A DNA stretch of 64,000 nt from Bdellovibrionales bacterium (lineage in GTDB: Bacteria > Bdellovibrionota > UBA1018). The notes under the pieces are model-generated. The model did not search any database. It had not been told where the DNA came from and saw only the letters and a program-made list of their open reading frames with translations. Shown piece after piece: positions 45,209-53,415 of this stretch (position 1 is its first letter; each line of letters opens with the position of its first letter). The DNA lies in NCBI GenBank assembly GCA_018266355.1, contig JAFEAP010000029.1, positions 795,137-859,136 of the forward strand, given 5' to 3'. Position numbers and translations under genes: made by a program.

Positions 45209-46630
45209 ATGCTGACTTCAAATCGTGAGGGGAACGGGGGCGCTCGAGTTTTCGGGGCGCGTGGCGTTATCGTGGTCACCGCGCTCGCTGGGCTAGCGAT
45301 CGGCGTGGCGAGGGCCGAAGACATCGGCGTCGAACCGAACTCCGCACCGCGGACTTCGAATGTTCGCACCGCGCCTCGCACGGCCCCTCGCAAAGCGCCG
45401 ACTCGCGCGGCGGCTCGCCCGACTGTTCCGCGACCGATCCAGGACGAAACGACGGCGACCGCCGCTTCGGCACCTGCCGCTCGCACACCGGCACCGCGTC
45501 CGACGTATCGACGCGGACAAGAGCAAGCGGTAAACCTCGACGCGCTCACGACGCCGACCGCGGCGCCCGCCGCGACTTCCACCGCTCACAGCAGCTACGC
45601 GGCTCCGGCCGCGGCGCCCGCCGGCGGCGGCATCTTGCCGAATTTCAAATTCTATTACGACTTCATGCTGAAGTCCTGGAAGGGCAGCTCGAGCGAAAGC
45701 GACTTCACGTTCGATAGCTACCACCAACGCCTCATGGTCGAGTTCACGCCGACGCCGGACCTCATGTTCGGCGGCGAAATCCTCGACAAGAAATATTTCG
45801 AAACGGATTACATGCTGACCTCGCGGCTCCAAGTCCGGTGGGGCCGGATCTGGATCCCGTTCGACGACATGTCTCCGCACAACACCTTCGGCGGCCGGAT
45901 CAACACCTCCGAATTCCGCCAAGGGAACGAAACCGCGTTCCTGCCGGATATTTGGGCCGACCTCGGGATCGGGTTCAAGCTGACCCTCGCGGACAGCTCG
46001 GCGGTTTCGTCCGAACTCCATTTCTACGTCGTGAACGGGTTCCAGGAAGCCCGCGGTCGTTCGCCGGTCCAAGGCGAGGACTCCACGGGCACGAACGCGG
46101 CCTATCCGAGCTTCGACGGGACCTCGGGCGGCGCGGGGGACAACAACAACGACAAGGCGATCGGCGCCCGCTGGCACGGTCTCTTCGGCCGCCGCTTCGG
46201 GCTCGGGGCCTCGGTCTACCGCGACGTTTACACGAACAAGGGCGAGGAATCCCGCGGGCTTCTCATCCTCGGAACCGACCTCCAGCTGCGTCCGACGAAC
46301 ACGACGGAAATCCGGCTCGGTTATACCACGATGCGGGTGAGCCTCGATCCGACGGCTTCGTCGAAGGACTCCTACATGCGCGGCGGGACTTACGCCGAAC
46401 TCGGCCAGAAATTCGGGACCGACAACCGCTGGAAGTTCCTCCTCCGCGCCGGCTCCTCGCAGAACGATAACCGCGTCGTCGACGTCTCCGACAAGACGAT
46501 CGTCGGTTTCACGCTGCTGAAGAACTTCGGCTCGGTCGAACCGCAGCTGACCTATTTCCGCGACCTGCACCAGGTCCCCGGGAAGATCGCCTACAACTAC
46601 GGCGAATTCCGCATCGTCACCGTCTTCTGA
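45209..46630 (+). CDS. outer-membrane beta-barrel protein (porin-like, hypothetical) with basic Pro/Ala/Thr-rich N-terminal region
   Basis: ATG 45209 (MLTSNREGNGGARVFGARGVIVVTALAGLAIGVARA, signal peptide). Alternating-hydrophobic strands throughout. C-terminal 'GEFRIVTVF' with terminal Phe. Confidence 0.7.
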   Translation: MLTSNREGNGGARVFGARGVIVVTALAGLAIGVARAEDIGVEPNSAPRTSNVRTAPRTAPRKAPTRAAARPTVPRPIQDETTATAASAPAARTPAPRPTYRRGQEQAVNLDALTTPTAAPAATSTAHSSYAAPAAAPAGGGILPNFKFYYDFMLKSWKGSSSESDFTFDSYHQRLMVEFTPTPDLMFGGEILDKKYFETDYMLTSRLQVRWGRIWIPFDDMSPHNTFGGRINTSEFRQGNETAFLPDIWADLGIGFKLTLADSSAVSSELHFYVVNGFQEARGRSPVQGEDSTGTNAAYPSFDGTSGGAGDNNNDKAIGARWHGLFGRRFGLGASVYRDVYTNKGEESRGLLILGTDLQLRPTNTTEIRLGYTTMRVSLDPTASSKDSYMRGGTYAELGQKFGTDNRWKFLLRAGSSQNDNRVVDVSDKTIVGFTLLKNFGSVEPQLTYFRDLHQVPGKIAYNYGEFRIVTVF

Positions 46631-46745
46631 CGGCGAGCGGCCGGATTCGATTCGAGAAAAGGAAATCGGCCGGTTCCCCGTGGCCGCTGGCTTACGCTGG
46701 CGGTTTAGGGAGCCGGCCGAAGTTCTTTAGGACCTTCGATCGCCT

Positions 46746-48206
46746 TTAGATCAGCTTCACGCCGGCGAGGTTCACGCCGGAGAGGCCGAGGCGGACGATC
46801 TGGTCGTTCGTCAGGGTGCCGCTGATCCATTCGATCGCGGTCGCGTAGAGACCCTGCATCGCGAGCTCGGAGCCGACCGATCCGCGAACGTCGCCGTTCG
46901 TGGTATCGAAGGCGCCCGTGGTCTTCAGCTTCGGGGGGGTCATACCCGCCGGAGCGTGGCAGAGGATCACGCTGTTCGACATGTTACCGCCGGCGTCGCC
47001 GTCGGCGTTTTGGACGTTACCGGTCACGCCGTTGATCGTGGCGGAAGTGAATCCGTTCGCGATCGCTTGGCCGTTCGTGTTGTAGATGAACGCCGTCTTC
47101 GCTCCGGCCTTGTCGCTCGCCGCGGCCCAAACCGCGATGTGACGGGCAACCCGGTAGGCCGCCGCGCCGATGTTTTGCGGCGATTGGCCGTGATAGTCGA
47201 AGCCGCCTTCTTGGACCGACGCTCCGCTTACGACGCCGATGGCGGCGTTGTAGTAGGAGGTGAGGTAGGCCTGCTCCGCTTGGGAGAGCTTACCGCCGGC
47301 GACCAGACCGGAAAGCGCGCCGATCTTCGTCGGGTCGAAGAGATTCGCCCCGTAGTTCGGATCCGCGAGCGGGATATCGCCGAGGAACCCGCAGGTCGAG
47401 TTCGTGGTCGCTGCGTCCGCACCCGTCCGGCCGCCCATGCCAAGCATACCGGAGAAGAGCGAGCTCAGTTGTTGAGCGGCGTTCGCCGAGTTCGTCATGG
47501 TCTGCTGGTTCGTGAAGTTGCCCGCCGCCGGCGTGAGGCTGAAGACCTTCGAGAGGCCGGCCACGCTCCGGTTATTGACGTTCGAAGCCGGCATCCCGTT
47601 CGCGAACGGGACGAGCTTGTGGTTCAAGCCGATGCGGAGGTCCTTGTTCAGCGACGACTTCTTCAGTGGGCCGACGCCGCCGATGAGGCCGGTGTTGTCC
47701 GCGCCGCCGTCGTCCTGGGTGTTACACCCGTAATGGGCGCCGAGGCTGATCCGCGAGAGGACCACGCGCCACTGGGCGTTCGTGTAACCCATATCGATGC
47801 CGGCTTGGAGGAGGGCCGCGCCGAAGATCGAGGCCTGGTTGATGTTGAAGCCGTTCGAAGAGCCGGCGCCGAGGTTCAGCATCGATCCGCCGGCGACGCC
47901 GTAGCGTGCCGCCGCGTTCGCGCTCGAAGCCGCGACCTGGGCCGGGATGTCGTGGAGGGCATAAGCGCCGACCGTCATCCCGCCTTCGAAGAAGCAGCTC
48001 GCGATCCCGCCCGCGTCGCGGACCGGGGCCGGACAGGTGACCGCGGCGACCGCGTCCTTCACCAGGCTGCCCATGAGGATCTTCGGAACGGCGACCGTCA
48101 TCGCCCCCGTGTAGATCCCGCGAGCGATGAAATCCCGCCGCGACATGTGCACGTGGTCGTGCCGTTTGGAGTCGTCTTTAGTCGGCCGTTTAACCTTGAT
48201 GATCAT
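46746..48206 (-). CDS. Tat-signal protein, DUF1501-like (tentative)
   Basis: ATG 48206 is preceded by GGGGGA; the ORF-track start is TTG 48227. Twin-arginine motif 'HMSRRDFIARG'. 'EGGFDYHG' resembles the DUF1501 GG(W/F)DTH site. Confidence 0.75.
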   Translation of the reverse strand: MIIKVKRPTKDDSKRHDHVHMSRRDFIARGIYTGAMTVAVPKILMGSLVKDAVAAVTCPAPVRDAGGIASCFFEGGMTVGAYALHDIPAQVAASSANAAARYGVAGGSMLNLGAGSSNGFNINQASIFGAALLQAGIDMGYTNAQWRVVLSRISLGAHYGCNTQDDGGADNTGLIGGVGPLKKSSLNKDLRIGLNHKLVPFANGMPASNVNNRSVAGLSKVFSLTPAAGNFTNQQTMTNSANAAQQLSSLFSGMLGMGGRTGADAATTNSTCGFLGDIPLADPNYGANLFDPTKIGALSGLVAGGKLSQAEQAYLTSYYNAAIGVVSGASVQEGGFDYHGQSPQNIGAAAYRVARHIAVWAAASDKAGAKTAFIYNTNGQAIANGFTSATINGVTGNVQNADGDAGGNMSNSVILCHAPAGMTPPKLKTTGAFDTTNGDVRGSVGSELAMQGLYATAIEWISGTLTNDQIVRLGLSGVNLAGVKLI

Positions 48207-48279
48207 ATTTCCCCCTGGACTGATCAAAAACCGCGGATTGAAAACTTGCTCCGTTCCCCCCGGAACGGTTGTTTGGAAC

Positions 48280-48897
48280 TTAGAAGCCCATCATCTGGGC
48301 GCCGAACGTGCTCGCCGTCATGCAGACGGAGATCCACTCCATCAAGACGGTCTCGCCGGAAATCTTCGCGTTGTCGTCGACGAGCTGACCGAAGATCGCT
48401 TGGACCTGGGACGCGTTCGGTCCGGTCGAGGCGAGGCCGCCCGTGTGGCGGTCGAGGATGTTCACGCCGGCGGCGATCAGCGCCGCGCGCGCGTTCGGAA
48501 TCGAGTTCCCGGTGATGTTATAAGTCGCCGGCGTCACGTCCGTGCACGCGGCGTAGGCGAGCAGCGGAACCTGGTCGTAACCCGTCGCGAGGTTCGGGTT
48601 CGTGTTTTCCGGCAGGTTCGTCCCGAGCTGGGCGAGCGAGGCGGCGAAGTTCTTCGCCGTCGGAACGGCGTTGTTGTTCAGTCCGTTCATGATCCGAAGC
48701 GAGATCGCCTTGGACGTCGGGACCGAAGCGCCCGGGACTCCCGGCACGCCGACTTCGTCGGCCGGGTTACCGGACTGCGGGAGCGAGCTCTTCTGGGACA
48801 TGGCCTTCGCTTCGTCCTTTTGGAGCGAGCAACCCGCGAGCGGGAGCAAGGCGACCAGGGCGGCGGTGGCGATTCGAGTGAGGTGTTTCGAATTCAT
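48280..48897 (-). CDS. lipoprotein (hypothetical)
   Basis: 205 aa. 'IATAALVALLPLAGC' gives a lipobox. No family recognised. Confidence 0.75.
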   Translation of the reverse strand: MNSKHLTRIATAALVALLPLAGCSLQKDEAKAMSQKSSLPQSGNPADEVGVPGVPGASVPTSKAISLRIMNGLNNNAVPTAKNFAASLAQLGTNLPENTNPNLATGYDQVPLLAYAACTDVTPATYNITGNSIPNARAALIAAGVNILDRHTGGLASTGPNASQVQAIFGQLVDDNAKISGETVLMEWISVCMTASTFGAQMMGF

Positions 48898-48950
48898 ACG
48901 TTCAATCTCCGAATTTAAGTGAAGTTCTATTCGCGTCCGATCCTAAACCC

Positions 48951-50297
48951 TTAGCGGCAAGCCGGATTGCTCGCGACTTGCGCGATCATCTGCTTCACGT
49001 CATCCGAGTTTTGGCCAGCGGCCACGATCGAAGCGAAGTCCTTGTCCGGCACGGCGCCGAGCGGGCAGACTTCCTTCATTACGCGCTTCACGAAGTTCGA
49101 GTACACGATTCCGGCTTTACCGATGGCTTGGCCGAGCGTATTCAGCCCTTGGCCGGCGGTCGGCCCGTTCCAGCCCATCTGGGCGAGAAGGCCGCGGGCG
49201 CCCCAAGTCGAGGCGAGGTCCCAGCTTTGGTTCGCATCGGCACCCACGCTGTCCGGGTTACACACCGTGAACTTCGACAGATCGCAGGTGAGGGTCTTCT
49301 GGCGGTTGTTCGCGTTCGAACCGAGGGACTTCATCGTGCCGGTCGTCGGAGCCTTGTTGTAGCTCAGACCGTCGCCCGCGAAGTCATAGAGATCGGCGAG
49401 CGTCGAGTAACCGTGGTTCAGCGCCGGCAGACCGCCCGCGTGACACGCGATACAAGCCGTTTGACCGTTCCCGATCAGGAAGTGCGGGTCGTTTTCCGGG
49501 ACGAACCGCGGAACGTTCTGCGGACGGCCTTCGGTCGAGGCGAAGTCGAGGAGGCCCATACCCGTCGCGACCATCCAGAGGTTTTCGATATAGCGGAGGT
49601 TCGTGCCGGCCGTCGCGCCGACCATCGCGAACGAGTTGTCGTTCGTGCGGTCGCTGAGGGTGGTGTAACCGCCCACGGCCTTCACCGGGATCGTCATCTT
49701 CACCGCGGCCGCGTTGTTGTTCGCTTGGCGAGCGGTTTGGGTGGCGATGAAGTCGACCGCTTGTTGGCCGGCCGTGCAGTTCAGGGCCGATCGCCAGTCG
49801 ATCGTGTTCAGTTCGGCAGCCGTGAGGTCGGCCGCGTGCACGTTCGCGTTCGCGCCGTTCCGCGTGACGTTCACGGTGCAGGTGACGTTGTTCGACCAGA
49901 CCTTCGAGAGGCTCGAAGCGCCGATGCCGCCCGCGCCCGCGAAATGGGCGATCAGGTAGGCCGTCGCGTCGCTGTCGCTCGCAGCCGCGGCGTTATAGCC
50001 GGCGTTTTGCATCTGCAACGCGAGACGGCGGAGCAGGTAGTTCGCGCCGTACTGGCTGTTCACCGCGGTCGTCGCGGCGGCGAGCCAGTCGCCGTTTCCG
50101 ACTTGGGCGACCATGGTGTTGAAGTCGGCCGAGTTCGTCGGCATCGTGCCTCCGGTGATGATACCGGAGAGGCGAAGCGCGCCGACGATCGAGGCGGAAT
50201 CCGCGGCGTTCGACGAAGTCGAAAGGCCGACGGCCAGAAGCGAGGCGAAGATCGCTTTACAGACGGTAGTGCGAGAAGAAGATACGTTCCAACCCAT
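48951..50297 (-). CDS. exported protein with single CxxCH motif (putative haem-binding, hypothetical)
   Basis: 448 aa. Signal peptide AIFASLLAVGLSTSSNA. 'GNGQTACIACHAGG' motif. Confidence 0.75.
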   Translation of the reverse strand: MGWNVSSSRTTVCKAIFASLLAVGLSTSSNAADSASIVGALRLSGIITGGTMPTNSADFNTMVAQVGNGDWLAAATTAVNSQYGANYLLRRLALQMQNAGYNAAAASDSDATAYLIAHFAGAGGIGASSLSKVWSNNVTCTVNVTRNGANANVHAADLTAAELNTIDWRSALNCTAGQQAVDFIATQTARQANNNAAAVKMTIPVKAVGGYTTLSDRTNDNSFAMVGATAGTNLRYIENLWMVATGMGLLDFASTEGRPQNVPRFVPENDPHFLIGNGQTACIACHAGGLPALNHGYSTLADLYDFAGDGLSYNKAPTTGTMKSLGSNANNRQKTLTCDLSKFTVCNPDSVGADANQSWDLASTWGARGLLAQMGWNGPTAGQGLNTLGQAIGKAGIVYSNFVKRVMKEVCPLGAVPDKDFASIVAAGQNSDDVKQMIAQVASNPACR

Positions 50298-50472
50298 AAA
50301 CCCCCCAAACTGACTGAACCCGCGTACGTACCACCGTGCTATGAAATTTTACTGCTTTGACCGCGAAACCGGAGGAACCCTTGTGAGCTCCGGAGCCGCG
50401 CCGTGTGTGCGTCCCCACGCAACGACACGTATACCGACTCTTAGACAATACCCGCGTCCGAGATATTCAAGT

Positions 50473-50494
50473 AATGTGTATAATTCGACACATT
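50473..50494. promoter_or_regulatory. inverted repeat AATGTGT-N8-ACACATT overlapping a TATAAT hexamer in an AT-rich divergent intergenic region
   Basis: AATGTGT at 50473-50479, TATAAT at 50479-50484, ACACATT at 50488-50494. Lies between divergent genes 48951..50297 (-) and 50561..51823 (+). Confidence 0.35.
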
Positions 50495-50560
50495 CTATTT
50501 TTTTTTCGAGAGGCTAAACTCTAATCATCTGTAGGGTTATTGGGTGTTCCGGGGGGAACC

Positions 50561-51823
50561 ATGGCTACTAACTATAAGAGTGGGTTACTCGCATTGGCTA
50601 CGATCGGCCTCTCCACGGCCGGTCTCTCCTCTTGTATCGCGACGTTGAAACAGGACGACGCGACGCTCGCGTTTTACGCGCAGAAAGTCGCACCGGCGAC
50701 GACCGCGACGACGGGGATCGGAGCGTTCACCGATACGTTCTACAAATTCGCGCGGGCGAACTGCGCCGAGTGTCACGGTGCTTCGAACACGCCGCTCTTC
50801 GCGGTTGATAACGTGACTTCCGCGTACGGCGTGGCGAAAAACAACACCTACGCGAATTTCTCGAACCCGAGCATGTCCGAGTTCGTGAGTTACGCGGGCA
50901 ATAACCACTGCGGCAAAGCGGGTTGCTCCGGCCACTCGAGCGAAGCCGAAGCGGCGATCACGGCCTGGGCCGCGGTCGAAAACGCGGTCGCCCAGAACGG
51001 CGGCGGAAACAACGGCGGCGATAACGGCGGCGTGATCGGCGGCGGTCCGCAAGGCGGGGGTGCGAATACGGGTGCGCTCGTGACCACGACCTTGAACCTG
51101 CCGGCGAACCTCTCGACGAATTTGACCACTTATACGGCGATGCGCTGGAGTCTCGATAACCTGACGCCGGCGTCCGCGCTCGTGAAAGGCGCTTACTTCG
51201 AACTCGAAGTGCAGAAGTTCAGCGCGACGACTTATCGCGTGCGCTATCCGAAGATCGTCGGTCTGTCCGGCGCGGTCCGAATCACCGGCATCCACGTATT
51301 CGCGAAAGCGGCGAGCGACGTCGGCATCGGCGTCGAAGACATCGGCGCGGGCGACGTCTGGTCGACCGACGTGGTGACGGCGGCCGTGGTCGCGAAACCG
51401 AACGGCTATCCTGCGTCGCCGACCGCGCCGCTCGCGCTCGGAACCGGCACGAACCAAGCTCCGACACTCGACTCGTTCTCGATGATCATCGGGATCCGGT
51501 CGAACCAGGACGCGTTCACGGTCGCGTTCGACAAGATCGAAACCGCGGTCGCGCTCCAGCCGACCTTCGCCTCGATCGACGCGAACATCCTTTCGACGAA
51601 GTGCGTGTCGTGTCACAGCACGAACAACAAGAACGGCGGTTACAGCTACTCGAATTACACCGACACCCTCGCTTCCGTATCGAAGGGTAACCCCGGTGCG
51701 AGCAGGCTTTATACCTCTACGACGGGTACCAATCCCTCGATGCCGACGGGAAGCCTCAAGCTGACCTCGGCCGAAACCGGCGCGATCTCGACTTGGATCA
51801 CGAACAACGCTCCGAATAACTGA
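50561..51823 (+). CDS. lipoprotein with two CxxCH motifs, PSCyt1 (planctomycete cytochrome c)-like C-terminal domain
   Basis: ATG 50561 after GGGGGGA (MATNYKSGLLALATIGLSTAGLSSC, lipobox). CAECH at 50762-50776 and CVSCH at 51602-51616. 'CVSCHS...GNPGASRLY...MPTGSLKLTSAETGAISTWI'. Confidence 0.8.
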   Translation: MATNYKSGLLALATIGLSTAGLSSCIATLKQDDATLAFYAQKVAPATTATTGIGAFTDTFYKFARANCAECHGASNTPLFAVDNVTSAYGVAKNNTYANFSNPSMSEFVSYAGNNHCGKAGCSGHSSEAEAAITAWAAVENAVAQNGGGNNGGDNGGVIGGGPQGGGANTGALVTTTLNLPANLSTNLTTYTAMRWSLDNLTPASALVKGAYFELEVQKFSATTYRVRYPKIVGLSGAVRITGIHVFAKAASDVGIGVEDIGAGDVWSTDVVTAAVVAKPNGYPASPTAPLALGTGTNQAPTLDSFSMIIGIRSNQDAFTVAFDKIETAVALQPTFASIDANILSTKCVSCHSTNNKNGGYSYSNYTDTLASVSKGNPGASRLYTSTTGTNPSMPTGSLKLTSAETGAISTWITNNAPNN

Positions 51824-51840
51824 TGGCGAAAGCCCGGGAA

Positions 51841-51875
51841 CGGTGAAACTCTAAACGGGGTTTCACCGTCTTCCA
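51841..51875 (+). terminator. hairpin between the cytochrome-like lipoprotein gene and apbE
   Basis: CGGTGAAAC-N10-GTTTCACCG, a perfect 9-bp stem followed by TCTTCC (a weak U-tract). It ends 10 nt before the apbE ATG. Confidence 0.4.
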
Positions 51876-51878
51876 TCT

Positions 51879-52802
51879 ATGAGCTCGATCCATTCGGAAA
51901 AAAGTCGCCCCGCCCGGGCGTTGCTCTCGATCGCGAAGCGCCATATGGCGACGGATTTCGTGCTCGAGGTCGTCGTCGATCCGGCGCAGGCCCGCATCGG
52001 CGAATCGGTTTTGACCGAGTGCCATGCGCTCCTCGACGCGATCGAGGACTCGCTGAGCGAGTATCGCGAGCGCACCCCGATCTATCGGCTGAACCGGGCC
52101 CCGGCCGGCGAATGGGTGGATTGCGACGCCGCCGTCGTGGAAGCGCTCGATCTTTCGCGGGAGTTCTCGGAGCGCGCGCCCGGAACGTTCACGCCGTTCG
52201 CCCGTTCTCCGTACGCGGCGACGTTCGCGGATCTCGAGCTCGATCGCGAGGGGGGCCGCGTTCGCCGGAATAACGAGGCGATTCTCGTCGGCTTCGGCGC
52301 CGTCGGGAAGGGTTACGCCCTCGACCGCGTCGCCGCGGTCCTCGATCGGCAGGGATTCGCGGACTACCGGCTCGGTGCGGGAGGATCGAGCTGGGTGTTC
52401 CGCGGGTTCGACGCGAACGACGCGGCCTGGGAAGTCGGTTGGGCCTGGGCGAAAGATGCCGACGGCGATTGGGTCGGTCAGCGCTATCGGCTCCCGGGAG
52501 GTAAACCGATCGCGATCGGCGTTTCCGGAACTGTGGAAAAGGGCGAGCACTTCCTTTGGCAGGGCGCGCCGCTCCGCGTGAATATTCAAAGCGCGTTCTG
52601 TGCCGCGAACTCCGCGGCGGAGGCGGATGCGCTTTCCACCGCGGTCATGGTGGGGGCGACTCGAGAGGGAGAAGGGTTTTTGACGAAGCTCCCGGGATCG
52701 GGAATTCATCCGCTCGCGTTAGCGTATGTGGATCTCGAGAATCAGATGATCTACAATCAAGTCTTCGATACCCAATTTCTCCGAGAAGGACGGATAACGT
52801 AA
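51879..52802 (+). CDS. apbE: FAD:protein FMN transferase (ApbE family)
   Basis: 307 aa. 'RHMATDFVLEV' (the family 'MGT' start of the mature domain), 'FGAVGKGYALDRV', 'LGAGGSS'. No signal peptide is visible. Confidence 0.85.
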   Translation: MSSIHSEKSRPARALLSIAKRHMATDFVLEVVVDPAQARIGESVLTECHALLDAIEDSLSEYRERTPIYRLNRAPAGEWVDCDAAVVEALDLSREFSERAPGTFTPFARSPYAATFADLELDREGGRVRRNNEAILVGFGAVGKGYALDRVAAVLDRQGFADYRLGAGGSSWVFRGFDANDAAWEVGWAWAKDADGDWVGQRYRLPGGKPIAIGVSGTVEKGEHFLWQGAPLRVNIQSAFCAANSAAEADALSTAVMVGATREGEGFLTKLPGSGIHPLALAYVDLENQMIYNQVFDTQFLREGRIT

Positions 52803-52803
52803 A

Positions 52804-53307
52804 ATGATCCAGCGTAAGGCAGTGTATGCGGTACTTCTGGCCATGGAACTCGGACGCGGAATCGCGTTCGCCACGGAGTTCGAACCGCTCGGCGCCGCCG
52901 TCGCGGCGTCCCTCGGGACGAAGAAGGCGTTCAAGAAGAGCTTCGCTTTCGAAGGCAAACCGCTCGACGTCTTCTATTCGAAGAACGCCGCCGGTAAGGC
53001 CGCGAAATACGCCTTCGTGCAGAAGGGCGTCTACGCCCCGAACTGCACGCACACCTGGATCGTCGGCGTCGACGCCGCGACCGGGAAGGTCGACGGCGTC
53101 CGCGTGGTCGAGATGTCCTGTCCGCACGCTTATCCGACGAAGACCGAAAGTTTCCTCGGCCAATTCAAGGGCAAGGGTTTCGCCGACGCCGCGAAACTGA
53201 AGGGCGACATCACGCCGGTAGCGAAGGCGACGGGTTCGGCGAACCTCGCGATCGACGCCGTCCGTAAGTCGCTCGTCGCGGCCTCGAAACTCAAAGGGAA
53301 GCTCTAA
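52804..53307 (+). CDS. exported FMN-binding-domain protein (FMN_bind, NqrC/RnfG-like)
   Basis: 167 aa. Putative signal peptide AVYAVLLAMELGRGIAFA. 'THTWIVGVDAATGKVDGVRVVEMS...ESFLGQFKGKG...ITPVAKATGSANLAIDAVRKSL' follows the FMN_bind domain layout. Starts 1 nt after apbE. Confidence 0.7.
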   Translation: MIQRKAVYAVLLAMELGRGIAFATEFEPLGAAVAASLGTKKAFKKSFAFEGKPLDVFYSKNAAGKAAKYAFVQKGVYAPNCTHTWIVGVDAATGKVDGVRVVEMSCPHAYPTKTESFLGQFKGKGFADAAKLKGDITPVAKATGSANLAIDAVRKSLVAASKLKGKL

Positions 53308-53352
53308 GACGGCCTCGGCGCGGGACCCGCCAGCCGGGCCCGAGCTCTACAA

Positions 53353-53398
53353 ACGAAAACGCCCGCTCGGTTCGTCCCGAGCGGGCGTTTTCGTTTTC
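53353..53398. terminator. bidirectional terminator between the FMN-binding protein gene and the convergent PLD gene
   Basis: AAAACGCCCGCTCGG-TTCGTC-CCGAGCGGGCGTTTT, a 15-bp stem flanked by A- and T-runs on both sides. Confidence 0.8.
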
Positions 53399-53415
53399 TC
53401 AGTCGAGCGAAGCGA

